A stretch of 64,000 nucleotides of DNA from Eledone cirrhosa (GCA_964016885.1 OZ024741.1:45880001-45944000); one strand, 5' to 3'. Numbered from the stretch's first letter, positions 41,892-55,500 are shown. The notes: a model not told the origin generated them from the letters alone. Numbers and translations: made by a program.

Positions 41892-42103
41892 TTAAAAAAA
41901 TATTGACTTTTCAACAAGAAAAAACTTTTTTTTTTAACTATTTCGCCTAAAGGCGTAGAATATTTTGAGAGACTGACCAGATCAAAGTTTGACCTGGCAG
42001 TCCCTCTACAAAATGGTACAAAAATTAAAGTTATCAGACAAGAATTTCTATAGAAATTTAAACAGAACTTACTCAGCAAGTTATACGCGTGTGTCCATCC
42101 CAG

Positions 42104-42177
<74 letters not shown>
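42104..42177. repeat. (GATA)n at the 5' side of Tx1 copy A
   Basis: Directly visible. Confidence 0.97.
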
Positions 42178-42952
42178 GTTGAGAGACAGACTTTATTTAT
42201 GTCTTTAACTTCATGTATTCTGAGGAATGTTGTAATCAATGGTATGTTGTAAATCGAAAGACATGCTGCCTTAACTCTATCTTTAATAACAACTGGTCAG
42301 TATCTTTTATCTTCTAATAAGTGTGTCCATGCATATCTCAGAGAATCGTGACTTCACCATTTCTGGAGACAACTTTGGTCATGTGCTAATAGTTTCTGAG
42401 TTTATTAACAGCTTTCATCCATGTATTCCACCATATTTCTCTATCTCCATTGTTGCGGAATGTTTAAACTGTATATCTAACCTATTTAGCATTCTACAGA
42501 ATGTTTGTTCAGGAGTTGTTTTCAAACTTTGCATTATGTTTAAAGAAGCAATCTTGTTTCTGAAAACTCTTAATAAGTTAGGTTATTGCTAAGAGCTACT
42601 GTCTTTATATCTTACTCATTTCTCTGGTTTTCTTTTTTACTTTGATCTCATATATTCTAAATATGTTTTGTCTTTCTTTAATCTAATAATATTTTTTCTT
42701 TGTGTAGTTCACACAGTCTTCATATATATAGTTATTTTCTACATATATTTTTATTTTTATTTTTCAAGTAGTTATTTTCCATGTTATTGATAGGTGCTGT
42801 TCATTTGACAGCTGAAGTGTGTATTCGTTTATTATATATACTAAAATATCTGAATAAAGAAATTAGTTTATTATTTCAATGCGGATACAACGTCTTTCTT
42901 TTCTAAAATGTCTCCAGTTGCTTTGTTGCAAGTGTTGTATAATAGACACAAA

Positions 42953-43068
42953 CATGGCTGACTGTGTAAAGAAATTGAATCGTAATCACGTGGTTTCGTG
43001 TTCAGTCACACTGCTGACAACTTGAGCAGGTGTCTTCTAATATAGCATCGGATTGACCATTGTCTTTA
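42953..43068 (+). mobile_element. tRNA-derived SINE 5' part
   Basis: Box A-like TGGCTGACTGTG and box B-like GTTCAGTC, then GGTGTCTTCTAATATAGC. Same family as 5465-5625. Confidence 0.55.
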
Positions 43069-43197
43069 GAAGAAGAAGAAGAAGAAGAAGAAGAAGAAGA
43101 AGAAGAAGAAGAAGAAGAAGAAGAAGAAGAAGAAGAAGAAGAAGAAGAAGAAGAAGAAGAAGAAGAAGAAGAAGAAGAAGAAGAAGAAGAAGAAGAA
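43069..43197. repeat. Pure (GAA)n, about 43 units
   Basis: Directly visible. Confidence 0.97.
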
Positions 43198-44547
43198 ATG
43201 GAGGAGCCTGATATATCAGAACTGAATGAGGTTGTTTATGCAGCAGCAAGGGTAATAGAAGGGAAATGTGGGTTAAGGAAAAAGCGAAAAGGACACAGCA
43301 CTCACAAGAAACCACCCTGGAGGATACAAATTGAGAAAGAAATTGAAATGCTGAGGGCAGAAATAACGATCCTAGATGAAATATGTGCTGGGAAACTTGT
43401 CACGTAAAGAAAAAAAAGGAAAGTGATTAAGAAATACAAAGTAACTTCAAAACCTAATAGTCCATTAATCAAAGAGACCTTGAAATAGAAATTACAGCTG
43501 AAAATTCAAAGACTCGAGAGATTTGAAAAGCGAAATAGGTTTTACAAACAAAATAAGCTGTTCATGTCAGATGCAAAAATGTTTTATAGGGAAATTAGGA
43601 CACAGACAATTCAAGTAAAGCAACCTCTTTCAATTCATGAAATTGAAGAATTTTGGAAAACAGAATGGAGTACAGAAAAATCTCATTAAGAGGAATAAGA
43701 ATGGAGAAAGAACGTGGAAGAAACCTAATAATTTAGAAAGACACTTGGCAAGATATAACTATGGAAGAACTGAAGTTGGCACTAAAGAAATCCAACAAAT
43801 GGAAATTCCCTGGCATTAATAAAGTGCCAAACTTATCTTCTTTAACTGCTACCCAGGATATGTTAGTAAAATGTTATAACGAAATTATGTACAACCCTGA
43901 AAAAACTCCTGATTGGTTTGCACAAGGTATAGCATATCTCTTGCCAAAGTCGACAGAAACAAATATTCCATAAAATTATCGTCCTCTCATTTGCTTTCCC
44001 ACATCATATAAAATTCTCACCCCAATCTTAACTGGCACAACCTTCAAATTTATGGATGAAAATCAACTTTGCCTTATTGATGAGAAAAGTTGTTGCGTGG
44101 CTTTTACAGGTGTGTTTCAGCGCATAACATTCAAGCCAATGTGATCTGAAATAGACGTGACCCAAAATGTCGATTCTATGATATACAATGACTACCTGGC
44201 TTCAAGCTGCAAGGTATTAGCTCCCCGGGAATATAAACTGAAGCATGATAGAGTGGGGCAATACTTACACTAGGTAGTTTGCAGGTTTTATGGTCTGAAA
44301 ACGGACGGAAAACTGATAAAACCGAAATTAACAACAAATCTTCAGTTTCCCATGCTAAATCGGGGAAAAGAGACACTCTTACATGGCCCAAAAAGCTAAA
44401 TAGGAAGGATGTGGGAACGCAAAATTCACAAAACTGTTTAAGAAGAGCTGGACTATAGGCCAAGGTTGAATGATGGCTAATTTCAGCACAAGATACTCCA
44501 CCAAAGACGACCAAAAGTACTTAATGAAGCAGAACATAGTAAGGAAC

Positions 44548-47488
44548 TGTAGTGATTTACATTCCGCGGGCTCACATACATTCTCTGTGCGTGATTTGGC
44601 TCAACTCAGCCAATCAGCGCCAGGGGAAGAGAATGTATCCCTACTCGTTCTGAGGGAGAAATAGCCCGCGAAGATTTGAGAAATCTAACTCTTGCAGCTC
44701 GACTATGCTAAGGTAAACACCACTTGTTCTTTTGCTCCGTAAACACAAACAATATGTAACGACAACACTTTACTACGGGCCTGGCTAAACGCCTCAGCCA
44801 GTCGACCGTATTTTCTCTTGTAATCTTAATTGAATTATTTCATTTCTCTTGGCATGCCAGCCTAATTCACTTCTTAACCTTTGTTAATAAATAATGTAAA
44901 ACATGCTAAAGTCGTTGTCGATATTCCTATCATATCTTTCTACCAAAGATGGTTCCTCGTGGCAACCTTACAACTCTCTAGATAACTCTCCGCTAAATTA
45001 GTGACCTTCGACGATTAAGTATGAAAACGCAGCCTATTTGAATTCGCCATTCGTTTTAATGGCAATTTGGAGTGGCTTAACATTTGGAATGTTCGAATCG
45101 GGTAGCTAGACTCACTTAGCGCAAGTCCATAAAATTCATAATATTCCATTTGTTGAAGCACGCGGCTTGCACAATATTTCTGTAATAACTTTCATGGTAA
45201 CACTAGTGACTCACGCATACAGACGAACACAAAAATACAACACAAAAGAAAGAGTTTTTTCGACGACTAACAAAAAATTTTTCTTTTGGATTGAAAATTA
45301 TGCGATGTCTTCTATCCAGTTGAGGTGGTTTGGTATATTTCAATTAGTTGATAAAATGAGTACGGTAACCACCAACTAAGAACAACTTGCCTTGCAAGCA
45401 TAGTTTGATAAAAACAAAAAAAACAAAAGTTTAAAAAAAAAGATTTCTCTGTATATAGAATTTTGCTTTCAACTTTCTGTTAAAATTACAAATGGAGACT
45501 CAAAAATTTTGTTTTCCCGCGTACACCTTGTCTTCTACAATCCCAGCAATCTGATTGGCTGCATCGCGCCACATGACGGCTTCTTCATCACGGACACATT
45601 TTTTGATCGGCCATTTTGGGATTATCTTGCCGAATAATTTTCATGGAAAATAATTTTTTTTATTATTCAAATTTTCTTTAGAATATTTTTATTAAAAAAA
45701 TTAGCAGTATTTCAAAAACTTTACGCCACGAGGAAATTTCAAAACGGCTACCTCCAATTACCAGCCATCAGCTGCAACACATGGCTAACTATTAACCAAC
45801 ACCAGGGAACGGCTTGTAACTTTACCGACGCAACCACCATACCTTCTGTCTCGTTACCACAAGGACTCGAGAAATTAAGACATTGGTTTTCTCACCATTA
45901 TGGCGTCAGACGTGGCTGCCATATTAGTGACTCTAGGTTCTTCAACGCTAGACTTCGACTCTACAGAAGATTCATTGTGACTTTGCTTTAACAACAACAA
46001 CAACTCTACTAGCTCCCTAGTAAGAGCGTTCCCAAAGAAAAAAGAAGCGAACTTTTTGTTAAAAGAAAAGAAACAATTCTTTCTTTCTTCCTTTTTTTTT
46101 CAGGCATTTATTTTGGACATTTATTTTTTTAAACTGTATTATATGAAAATTCATTTCTCTCTATCATTGTATATGTGACCGCACGCACACATTTTCTTTG
46201 CTGTATTACATGCTTGCATATATACACACACCAACATGTTGTTGTCTATGGTATGTGATCTTCAAGCGTCGTAATATTCTGAGAGATCCCTTTTCACCTT
46301 CTGGAGGTACCAAAACATGCTATCGACACTTGCAGCTTAATTCACCTGCACCGCAACACGAGAATGCTAATTGCAGCTAAACTCAAACAGTTTCGCATCT
46401 CGTTGCACATTCATTGTCCATAACAACCTCTATCTTGTTATCTTACCCAACTTACCGGGAAAACAACAAAAAGAACTGGACTTGTCAGCATTTCCACCAC
46501 TTCTGTGGATTCGCCCGAATTGTGGGACTGCAACCCACCTACAGATTCAGCTTGCTTTTTTTCTCATCAAAGCAACCAGCCATTTTTTCCTGGCTCCCTA
46601 GCACATTCGGCAATACATCTGGGAGGCCAACATTTTCTCGCCTACCCATCATCTTCTTGCCAGCACTGGTAAACTACCATAATAGCTTCGTCCACAGCTA
46701 CTGGTACAACACTTACCATTAACATTTAATGCAAGAACAGCAACTTCGCCCATGTCAGACTTTATCCGTTTTCTGTTAGACCTTTGGTGGTCACGTATAA
46801 ACTACAAAACGGCTAGTCATTTGACAGCGCCTCAACACGGCCCGTAGCGCCTCATTTTTTTCTTGCATGCATCTTTCTGCTCAATTATTTTTTCACTGAG
46901 GTGCTCTTTCAGCATTTGTTCTTGCTGATTCAATAATCTGTATCGACTACCGTCTAGAAGGGGAGTGTAAACTGTACCTTGTGGGTCCTTGGCTTCATCG
47001 TTAACGATTTTCGGCTAAAACTCTGCTCGGAGGTGATGTAGTGACCTACATTCCGCGGGCTCACATACATTCTCTGTGCATGATTTGGCTCAGACCAGCC
47101 AATCAGCGCCAGGGGAAGAGAATGTATCCCTACGCGTTCTGAGGGAGAAATAGCCCGCGAAGATTTGAGAAATCTAACACTTGCATCTCGACCATGCTAA
47201 GCTAAACACCACTTCTTCTTTTGCTCCGTAAACACAAACAATATGTAACGACAAAACTTTACTACGGGCCTGGCCAAACGCCTCAGCCAGTCGACCGTAT
47301 TTTCTCTTGTAATCTTAATTGAATTATTTCATTTCTCTTGGCATGCCAGCCTAATTCACTTCTTAACCTTTGTTACTAAATAATGTAAAACATGCTAAGG
47401 TCGTTGTCGATATTCCTATCATATCTTTCTACCAAAGATGGTTCCTCGTGGCAACCTTACAACTCTCTAAATATAACTCTCTGCTAAA
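44548..47488 (+). mobile_element. Non-autonomous LTR retrotransposon, probably Gypsy-like, with LTRs at 44548-44997 and 47037-47488
   Basis: Two ~450-bp direct repeats start TGTAGTG, with a 4-bp TSD GAAC (44544-44547, 47489-47492). A PBS-like TAGTGACCTTCGACG follows LTR1. The 2-kb interior has no intact ORF. Confidence 0.9.
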
Positions 47489-47739
47489 GAACTGTATAAT
47501 GTATAGAGGTGGGGACAAAGCAGTTAACCACATTCTCTCTGAATGCCAGGTCTTAGCGAAAAACGAATATATCCACATAGGAGATATTGTTGGGATTTAC
47601 GTATAGTGGAATTTATACCAACACCATGAAATACCAACAGACGGAAGGTGTTACCGACATTCACCAGAAAAGCAATAATACTCAGGGATATACTAATAAT
47701 TGTTTCTACTATTGGCACAAGGCCAGCAAATACCCAGTA

Positions 47740-47885
47740 GATTACTGGTACTTTATTTTATCGACCCTGTAAGGATGAAAGGCAAAGTTAACCTCGGCGA
47801 GATTTGAACTCAGAATGGCAAGGGCCGTAACTCTATGCGTCAAAGCATGGCGTCCGACCCTTTACCGATACTGCCAATCCACCGA
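47740..47885 (-). mobile_element. SINE
   Basis: Minus strand has box B GAGTTCAAATC followed by GCCGAGGTTAACTTTGCCTTTCATCC...GTCGATAAAATAAAGTACCAG. Confidence 0.65.
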
Positions 47886-48946
47886 CTAATAATGCAGGCA
47901 GAGAGGTCAAAGCCAACCGACTAGATAGTATAGTCATAGTCCACAGAGAAAAATGACTTCTATTTGTCAGATCAATATCTTGATAGACAACAACATATCT
48001 ATCGAGAAAATGGAGAAATTGTCCAAAATTTGAAAATCTGGAGATGGAAATAACCCAAATGTGGATGATGAAAATAGAAACAATAATAACAGATCGTCTA
48101 GGAATGATAAAAAAACAAACGCAAGATGCATAAGGAAAACTCTAGAACTGACAAATATATACAGAATACAGAAAATAGCACTACTAGAGACTGCATACAT
48201 ATTACGAAGAGTAGTCCGAATACAATAGAAACATCATCAAAATCAACAACCCAGGGCGCACAATTCCTTTATTGGTCACTAGGAGAGAAAATGTTAATCA
48301 AAATACGCATAAAAGGAACATGCAAAAACGACTAAACAGAAAAGAACAGTTAACAAATTTACAGTAACTTAATATGAGAATGAGAATTTGTCAAGAGAGA
48401 ATTTAAGGAACCCACAAATACGAGATCACTCCGATCACCAAATGTCCCTTCCAGCCTACAGGTGCATGCTTGAAGTACGCCCATTCACTTGGAATTTTCT
48501 CGCTCATTCACATGTTATAGTAAACAGACGGTGAGTGGCATCACTTCCCTCGTCACCTTTACCTTCCTTTCCAAGTGGAACCTGAAAATTTTGATGAGGG
48601 CTTGGCCGAAGTAAAATGTATATGTTCAGTCCTTTCAATATCGTGCCCTACACCACTTCTTTCACCATAACCACCTGAGATTTTTAAAAAATCTTAGTTT
48701 CTGAGCCGAAGGTCCTCTGAGGCAAACTAATCAGTCTCCCAATCTAAGTTCTGTATTCAAATCAAACCGAGATCAAATCAAACCTAGATCAACTTCGCCA
48801 CTCACCCTTGTGATGTCTACCCCTATAAAACGAATTAGCAGCACTGAGATCTATTTTACCGGCTTAACCGCTTCAAGCATTGTTGGCCTTGTGCCTACAT
48901 TACATACAATTACTATATTTATTGCCAATAATATTATTATAATAAT

Positions 48947-49005
<59 letters not shown>

Positions 49006-49155
49006 TTACTACTACTACTACTACTACCAATTTATACTCCTTCTGTAAGGTTTCTCTATCAATCGGTTGCTAGGTGAGGCGTGTTAATTGGCCTCAGATA
49101 AGTCCCTGATCTCAGAAATAAATAATAATAATAAAAATAATAATAATAATCATGA

Positions 49156-52100
49156 TTTCATTTATTGGCCACAAGGGCCGACATATAGGGGACAATACAA
49201 AAGACTGGGACAGTGGGATTTTACAGAAAAATCGAGGAAACAATATGAATAACAATAACAAAGTAACAAGAAAATTAGAACAAGAAAAAATTCAACAATA
49301 GGGGGGATGACCACCCAGGGTTCGCTCAGGTACCCCACCAATCCTGAACGACCCGACGCTTCGAGAGCACCCTGGACCGGCACCCCTCTCCTCGTCAAAT
49401 GTACCTACCTACAGCCGCATTACCAGAGTAGGCCCATTCACACGGCCATTCTCGCCACGTTCACCCACCTTTCAGCAAATGTACTGGGTGGGGGGAGCAC
49501 TTCTCTCTCCACCCTCACCTTCCTTTCCAAGTAAAACTTGAAAAAGTTGATGAGGGATTGGCCGAAGAGAAAAGTGTCTGTCTTCAGTCCTTTCAACCTC
49601 GTCCACCATACAGCCTCTTTCGCTACTGCCACCAGACAGAGGAAAATTGCCTGCCCTTCCTGGCCGGGTCGATCTTCACTATGGACTCGGCCAATAGCCG
49701 GATCCGTTCTACACGCGACAACAGCTGTTCAACATAACTCCACAAGTCAGTAATGCACGGACACTGGACGAGTGCGTGCAGAACGGTTTCGTCGCTCTGC
49801 GCGCATCTCGGGCAGGTCCGTCTGACAGCACTTCCGTGCTTGTAGAGTTTATCTCGAGCCGGCAGTGCCCCCCGGTAGCACTGCCAAACGAGGGATTTTT
49901 GGAAATTATCCATCGTCCCCGGCACGAAAGTCCTCCAGTACAGACTGGTTAATTCGACTTCGTTGAGTCCCAGAGCCTCTCCGAGCGCGTCGTCGCACTT
50001 GCCCACCACTAATCCTCTATAGAACTCGAGAGTGGAAGTTCAACTGATCGCATTGCTCGCCTGGTAGAGGGCAGTGAGTGCCTGGCAACATTCCAAATAC
50101 CAGCCATCCAGTCTCGGTCTCTTCTTGACCCAGGACTGCAGCTCAGCCAAAGAAACGACCTGCGGAAAGGCCCGTCTGACAAACGGCGACCACACCTGTT
50201 CACCGTTTTGGCAGAATATCTGGAGATGCCGCAGCCTCAGCGCGTGCCTGCGCATCATTAGCCACGGCATACCCAGTCTCCACGTACTGGGTACTGGCAG
50301 CAGATGGACCGCCTCACCAGGGGAACCTGACCCCTCCACAAGAATTTGAAGAGGAGCCGCTCCAAGATGGCGAAGCGCGAACGGGGGAAAGGGACGACGG
50401 TCAGACGGTAGTAGATGACGGACGCGATGTACGCGTTCTCCACCTCCGCCCGACCTTTCAGTAATAGCTTCATCCCAGCCCATTTCTGGGTGAGACTGGC
50501 TACCCTGCCCGTCACCTCGTCCCAATTCTTATCCACCTGGAGGTCTGGCCCGAACCAAACCACGAGCAACTTTCCCGGTCCGTCCGTCCAGCGCCTAACG
50601 ACACTGTTGGACGGCATGGACTTGCCTCTCCAGATGCAGAGTTGCAAGCCCACCGACTTTTCCGGGTTAAGTTTTGCTCCCGTCAACCTTTCATATTCCT
50701 CCAATAAGTTGCCGACCACCTCGATTTCTGAGGTGTCCGACACCATCACGGTGATGTCGTCCGCAACAGCCGACACAGCCTTTCCGCGTCCCGGTTCGAG
50801 CGGGATGCTCTGCAACAGCTCCAGCTTCCGCAGTAATGGCTCGAGAGTCATTACTTACAGAAGAGAGGAGAGAGGGCTCCCTTGACGGATCGATCGGGAG
50901 ACCTGAAACGGTTCCGAGAAGTGGCCATTAATTTTGACCATCGAGCAGGTGCCGCTGTGCATTGCAGCGATCCAGCTTCTGAAGACGGGGCCGAAGCCAG
51001 CCGCCTTGAGGACAGCCTCCAGGTACCGATGGTCGACCCTATCGAATGCTTTCGCTTGATCTAAATTGATCAGAGCCCGGTTTACACCCTACCCTCTCTA
51101 TGATGTATCGCATTAGGTGGAGGCTTTCGTGTATGGACCTGGTTGGGATTGCGCAAGTTTGCGCCTCCCCAACCAAATCCCCGGCGTCAAGCGCCAACCT
51201 CTTCGCTAACACTCTGGCCGAAATCTTAAACTCTGTGTTGAGCAGAGTTATGGGCCTGAAATTGTCTGTGTCCCTCTTGTTCTCGTCTTTCCTTATCAGC
51301 GTAACTACGCCCCGGCTCACAGAACTGGGAATACTCCCGTTTTGCTGCAAGTTGCAGGAGAGGACTTCGAGGAGATTGGAGAACAAGTCTGGCATATTTA
51401 CGATTGGAGAACAAGTCTGGCATATTTACGTATTTCATAGGGCAGACCATCCAAACCGGGTGACTTGCGCCTCATGCAGCCGACAAGTTGCGGAAAGCCA
51501 TCGAGGTAGGGACTGAAGTCCGCCACCATCTCTGACCCGTCACATCCCCCGAACAACCGAGCAAAATGTTGGCGAAAGGCCTCACACATCCGCTTGGAAT
51601 CGCTCAGCTCGTGTCCGTCTCGGTCCGTCAAAGACCGAATCGTGGTTTTATTACCACGCTGTGCCTCCGCCACGGGGGCCCATCGAACAGGTTTGGTTCC
51701 CTCGTTTCTCAGAGCACGCGCCATAGCTCTGGCAATGCAACCTTCGTGTTTCGCATTGAAGAAATGGTCCAATGCCATTCTCGTCGCTAGCACGTCAGTT
51801 GCAATGCCACTACCAATAGCCTCGTCTAACTTATCTACCAACACCCCCTCCTTTCTATTTTTCTCTAACGCTACTTCTATCGACATTACTCTAATCTCTC
51901 TTTTGAGAGCCCCCCACCATCTATTGTTGACGACTCCCCCTGTCAACTTTTTCTTAACTAAATTGTTTACCTGGTCCCTGTAAGCCTTACGTGCCGGAAA
52001 TGACATATTTAGCTTCCAGTAACCAGGTCCTAACCTACGCGTCTTATCTAGGTCGACCACAAACTTGTGATCTGAATAGGCGACCGTTTCAAAACGTGGA

Positions 52101-52560
52101 CAGCTTACACTATTTCTGTCTGTTTTCCTAATGAATATCCTGTCTATATACGATCTAGATGACCCTATGCAGTTAGTCCAGGTCCACACTGGCGCATTAG
52201 GGAAATCTTGTCGGTACCTGTCAGACAGTTTGAACTGGCTGATCAGGTTCTTGAAGCTTTTGCACAACCCCGCTCCTATCGGATACTCCCACACAGTCCC
52301 AGCGTGCTCTAAGATGCCGTTCTAGTCCCCCGCTAGCAGTAAAGGACGAGACGTACCCAGAAAGGCATCCGTAAATTTTTTAAAATGTAAAAAAAGTTCA
52401 AATATTTGGGCCAAAAGGCCCAAATATTATACTTTATCCTTCACAGGGCAAAGTCTAAGGGCTTATATCCCTTACACAACAGGAAATATTTAACAACAAA
52501 TAATTTTAACAGGCAAAGAAAGCGACTTACTGGCAGCGAGCAAAATATTCCGATTAGACC
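49156..52560 (-). mobile_element. Tx1 copy D: ORF1 deleted, ORF2 disrupted, flanked by (AAT)n
   Basis: ORF2 fragments at 49409-52370 (YSDH, GYWKLN, NFRPITLLN, VADD, CCHC). A putative 5'UTR at 52370-52560 has TTTTGCT...GTAAGT like copies A and B. (AAT)n lies at 49120-49150 and 52561-52593. Confidence 0.88.
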
Positions 52561-52593
<33 letters not shown>

Positions 52594-55500
52594 CCAATAT
52601 ACGAAGAAATATTGTAAGAAAAAAGTTACTAACTGATATAGAAATTGATCAGATCAAGCTATTAGCACAAAGTCAGCGAAGGGAAAATGAAACATGTGTC
52701 AGTGCAAACGAGGTAAACTGTAACACTTCGAACCCCAGGGTTGGGGCGGAATCACTGGCAACAGAACAAATTAAAGAAAGGATCGAAAAAGTGGAGGGAG
52801 TGCATGCTCAGGATGAAACTCCAAATGAAAATAATGATATCATAAATGATAAAGAAATGAGTGAGAATGAACTTGCCAACTTGAAGGATGAAATTATGAT
52901 CGAATGGATGAAAATGAAAGAATCTGACATGGGGCAACGAGACACCCTCCCTAAGATCCAGAACTCCAAACAGAACCAAAAGATAATACACAAGACTAAC
53001 ATAATTCTCAAAAACATTATCATCACAAACAAACTAAACATTACTGATTTAAATCATCTCTATTATGCATCGGCTAAAGTCACCACTCACTTATGTGGAG
53101 TGAAGATGAAAAAACAAAGGAATTCCCACAAGAAATCTACTTGGCAAGAAAACATCAATTGCCAAATAAACCTTCTCCGATCTGACATAGAAATTTTAAC
53201 AAACTATAAAGTAGGTGAACATGTTAAACAAACTAAACTTAGAAAATTGAAAAAAAAGTACAGTATAAGATCAACATGTGACATAGACATGCTGATAGAA
53301 ACAATCAAGCAAAAAGTGTCGGCCAAAGCAGCTCGTATAAGGCGCTTTGAAAAACGATCTAGATTCTATAAGGACAATAATATGTTCAAAAACAACCAAA
53401 GAAACTTCTACAGAAAAATTGGTAAGTCAACAATAACTGCTAAATCAATACCACCCAAGGAGGAAGTGCAAGAATTCTGGGAAAAGATCTGGGCCGAAGA
53501 AAAAGTTCATAACATGCATGCCCCATGGATAGACAGACAAATGAAAGATACGGCTCACCTTGAGGAACAAATATGGGAAAATATAACAGTTGAACAGTTG
53601 CGCTTGGCTCTAAGAAAAACCAGCAAATGGAAATCCCCAGGAAAAGACAAAATACAAAATTTTTGGATAAATGCCTTCACAGAGTCTCATGAGCTGTTAG
53701 CCCAACTTTACAATGAAATAGTTAAGAAGCCAGAAAAGATACCATCATGGCTAGTTAACGGCATTACATTCCTGCTTCCGAAGAATGATGAGACAAACAA
53801 TCCCAAAAATTACAGACCGATAACTTGCTTGACCACAATGTATAAAATTTTAACATCAGTCCTAACTGAATATACATATGACCACCTGATAACAAATGAC
53901 CTATTTCCCATTGAGCAGAAAGGGTGTAAACGAGGCTCATATGGCTGTAAGGATCAGCTTTTGGTTAACAAAATGATACTGGAAGATTGTCATAATAGAC
54001 ACAAAAATCTATCAATTGCTTCGATAGATTATAAAAAAGCATTCGATAGTTTGCCACACAGTTGGATTGAAAAATGTTTAGAGATTTTCAAAATATCCCC
54101 CGTTGTCAGGTTTTTGTCATTCAGTATGAGGACATGGAAAACGACACTCCTTTTGAATAGTGAAACAAAATCACTGGAAGCTGGAGAAGTTAATATTAAT
54201 TGTGGAATTTTTCAGGGTGACTCTTTATCACCGCTTTTATTCTGCAGCGCACTTATACCATTAAGTAAAATGCTCAATGAAACAAAACATGGATATAGAG
54301 TATATGACAAAACCATTAATCACTTGTTCTACATGGATGACCTGAAACTATTTGCAAAAACTGATGAACAATTGCAAAGGCTATTATCCACTGTGGAGCA
54401 GTTCAGTGATGACATTAAAATGGAGTTTGGACTAGATAAATGTGCCAAAGCAACGTTCACCAGAGGAAAGCGGCTGAAGAGTTCAGACATTAATCTTGAT
54501 CGGGGGAACGTGATAAGAGAACTTGATCAAGAAAAAATTTACAAATATCTAGGTGTTTGTGAAGGAGACGGAATCAAGCACTCGACAATGAGGGAAAGGA
54601 TAAGGAAGGAATGTTACCGCAGAGTAAGAGCAATCTTAAGAACGGAATTGAATGCAAGGAATAGGATCGATGCCATAAACACGCTTGCCATACCAGTAGT
54701 AACCTACAGTTACAATGTCATCAACTGGTCAAGCACAGAGATCCGTAGGCTCGATATAAAAATTCGAAAATTATTAACCATGCACAGAATGCATCACTAT
54801 AAGGCAGATATAGATATAATATATCTCCCTAGGAAAGAAGGAGGACGTGGGTTAGTTCAGTTAGACATTGCGTTGAAAACTGCAACAATTGGATTATCTA
54901 CATATCTAAGGGAATCACATGATTGGATGATCAAACTCGTTTTGAAACACGAAAGCATCAAAAGATCATATTCCATTACAAAAGATGCACAAAGATACAG
55001 TAATGCACTACAAATTTCAGAAGTCCCATTTACTGCTGAAATGAAAAACACAGAGAAAGCAAAGCAGGTAAAAGTAACTGCAAAGAAAGAACTGCTACAG
55101 AAACTGGCTAAGAAATGGCAAGAAAAGCCTCTGTATGGAAAATACCCAGAACGAGCTAACAATCCTGATGTTGACAAAACTTTAACCCATCAGTGGTTGG
55201 CATTCTCTGGACTGAAATCGGAGACTGAAGGAGTGATTATATCAGCACAAGATCAGTGTCTGCCAACAAAAAATTACCAAGCCAACATAATGAAAAATGG
55301 ATGCAGCCCATTATGCCGTGTATGCAAAAAACAACCAGAGACCATTGACCATATAGTTTCAATGTGCAGTCCTATAGCTCCAAACGAATACATAACAGGC
55401 ATGACAGAGCTGCACAATACATACATTGGATAATGTGTAAGCATTTTATCAAAAGAATTGGTGGGAGCATCAACCACCTCCCATACTTGAAAAAGATCAC

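Larger units (their letters stand above)
36377..42101 (-). mobile_element. Full-length Tx1-clade non-LTR retrotransposon with intact ORFs (copy A)
   Basis: About 210-nt 5'UTR, two uninterrupted ORFs and a ~260-nt 3'UTR with AATAAA. (GATA)n lies on both sides. Confidence 0.95.
43198..48330 (+). mobile_element. Decayed R4/Dong-like RLE element(s), interrupted by an LTR element and a SINE
   Basis: ELNEVVYAAARV...KKPPWR, LKKSNKWKFPG and PDWFAQG lie before the LTR. NHILSECQVLAKNEY and RLE remnants lie after it. A second CCHC-region remnant sits at about 44130-44290. Confidence 0.8.

Noticed and set aside
30338-42177. Repeat-spacer-repeat pattern as a CRISPR-like array
   Set aside because: The repeats are simple microsatellites and the spacers are kilobase retrotransposons in eukaryotic DNA.
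43037-43407. Poly-Glu and poly-Leu ORFs
   Set aside because: They are (GAA)n read into a decayed retrotransposon fragment.
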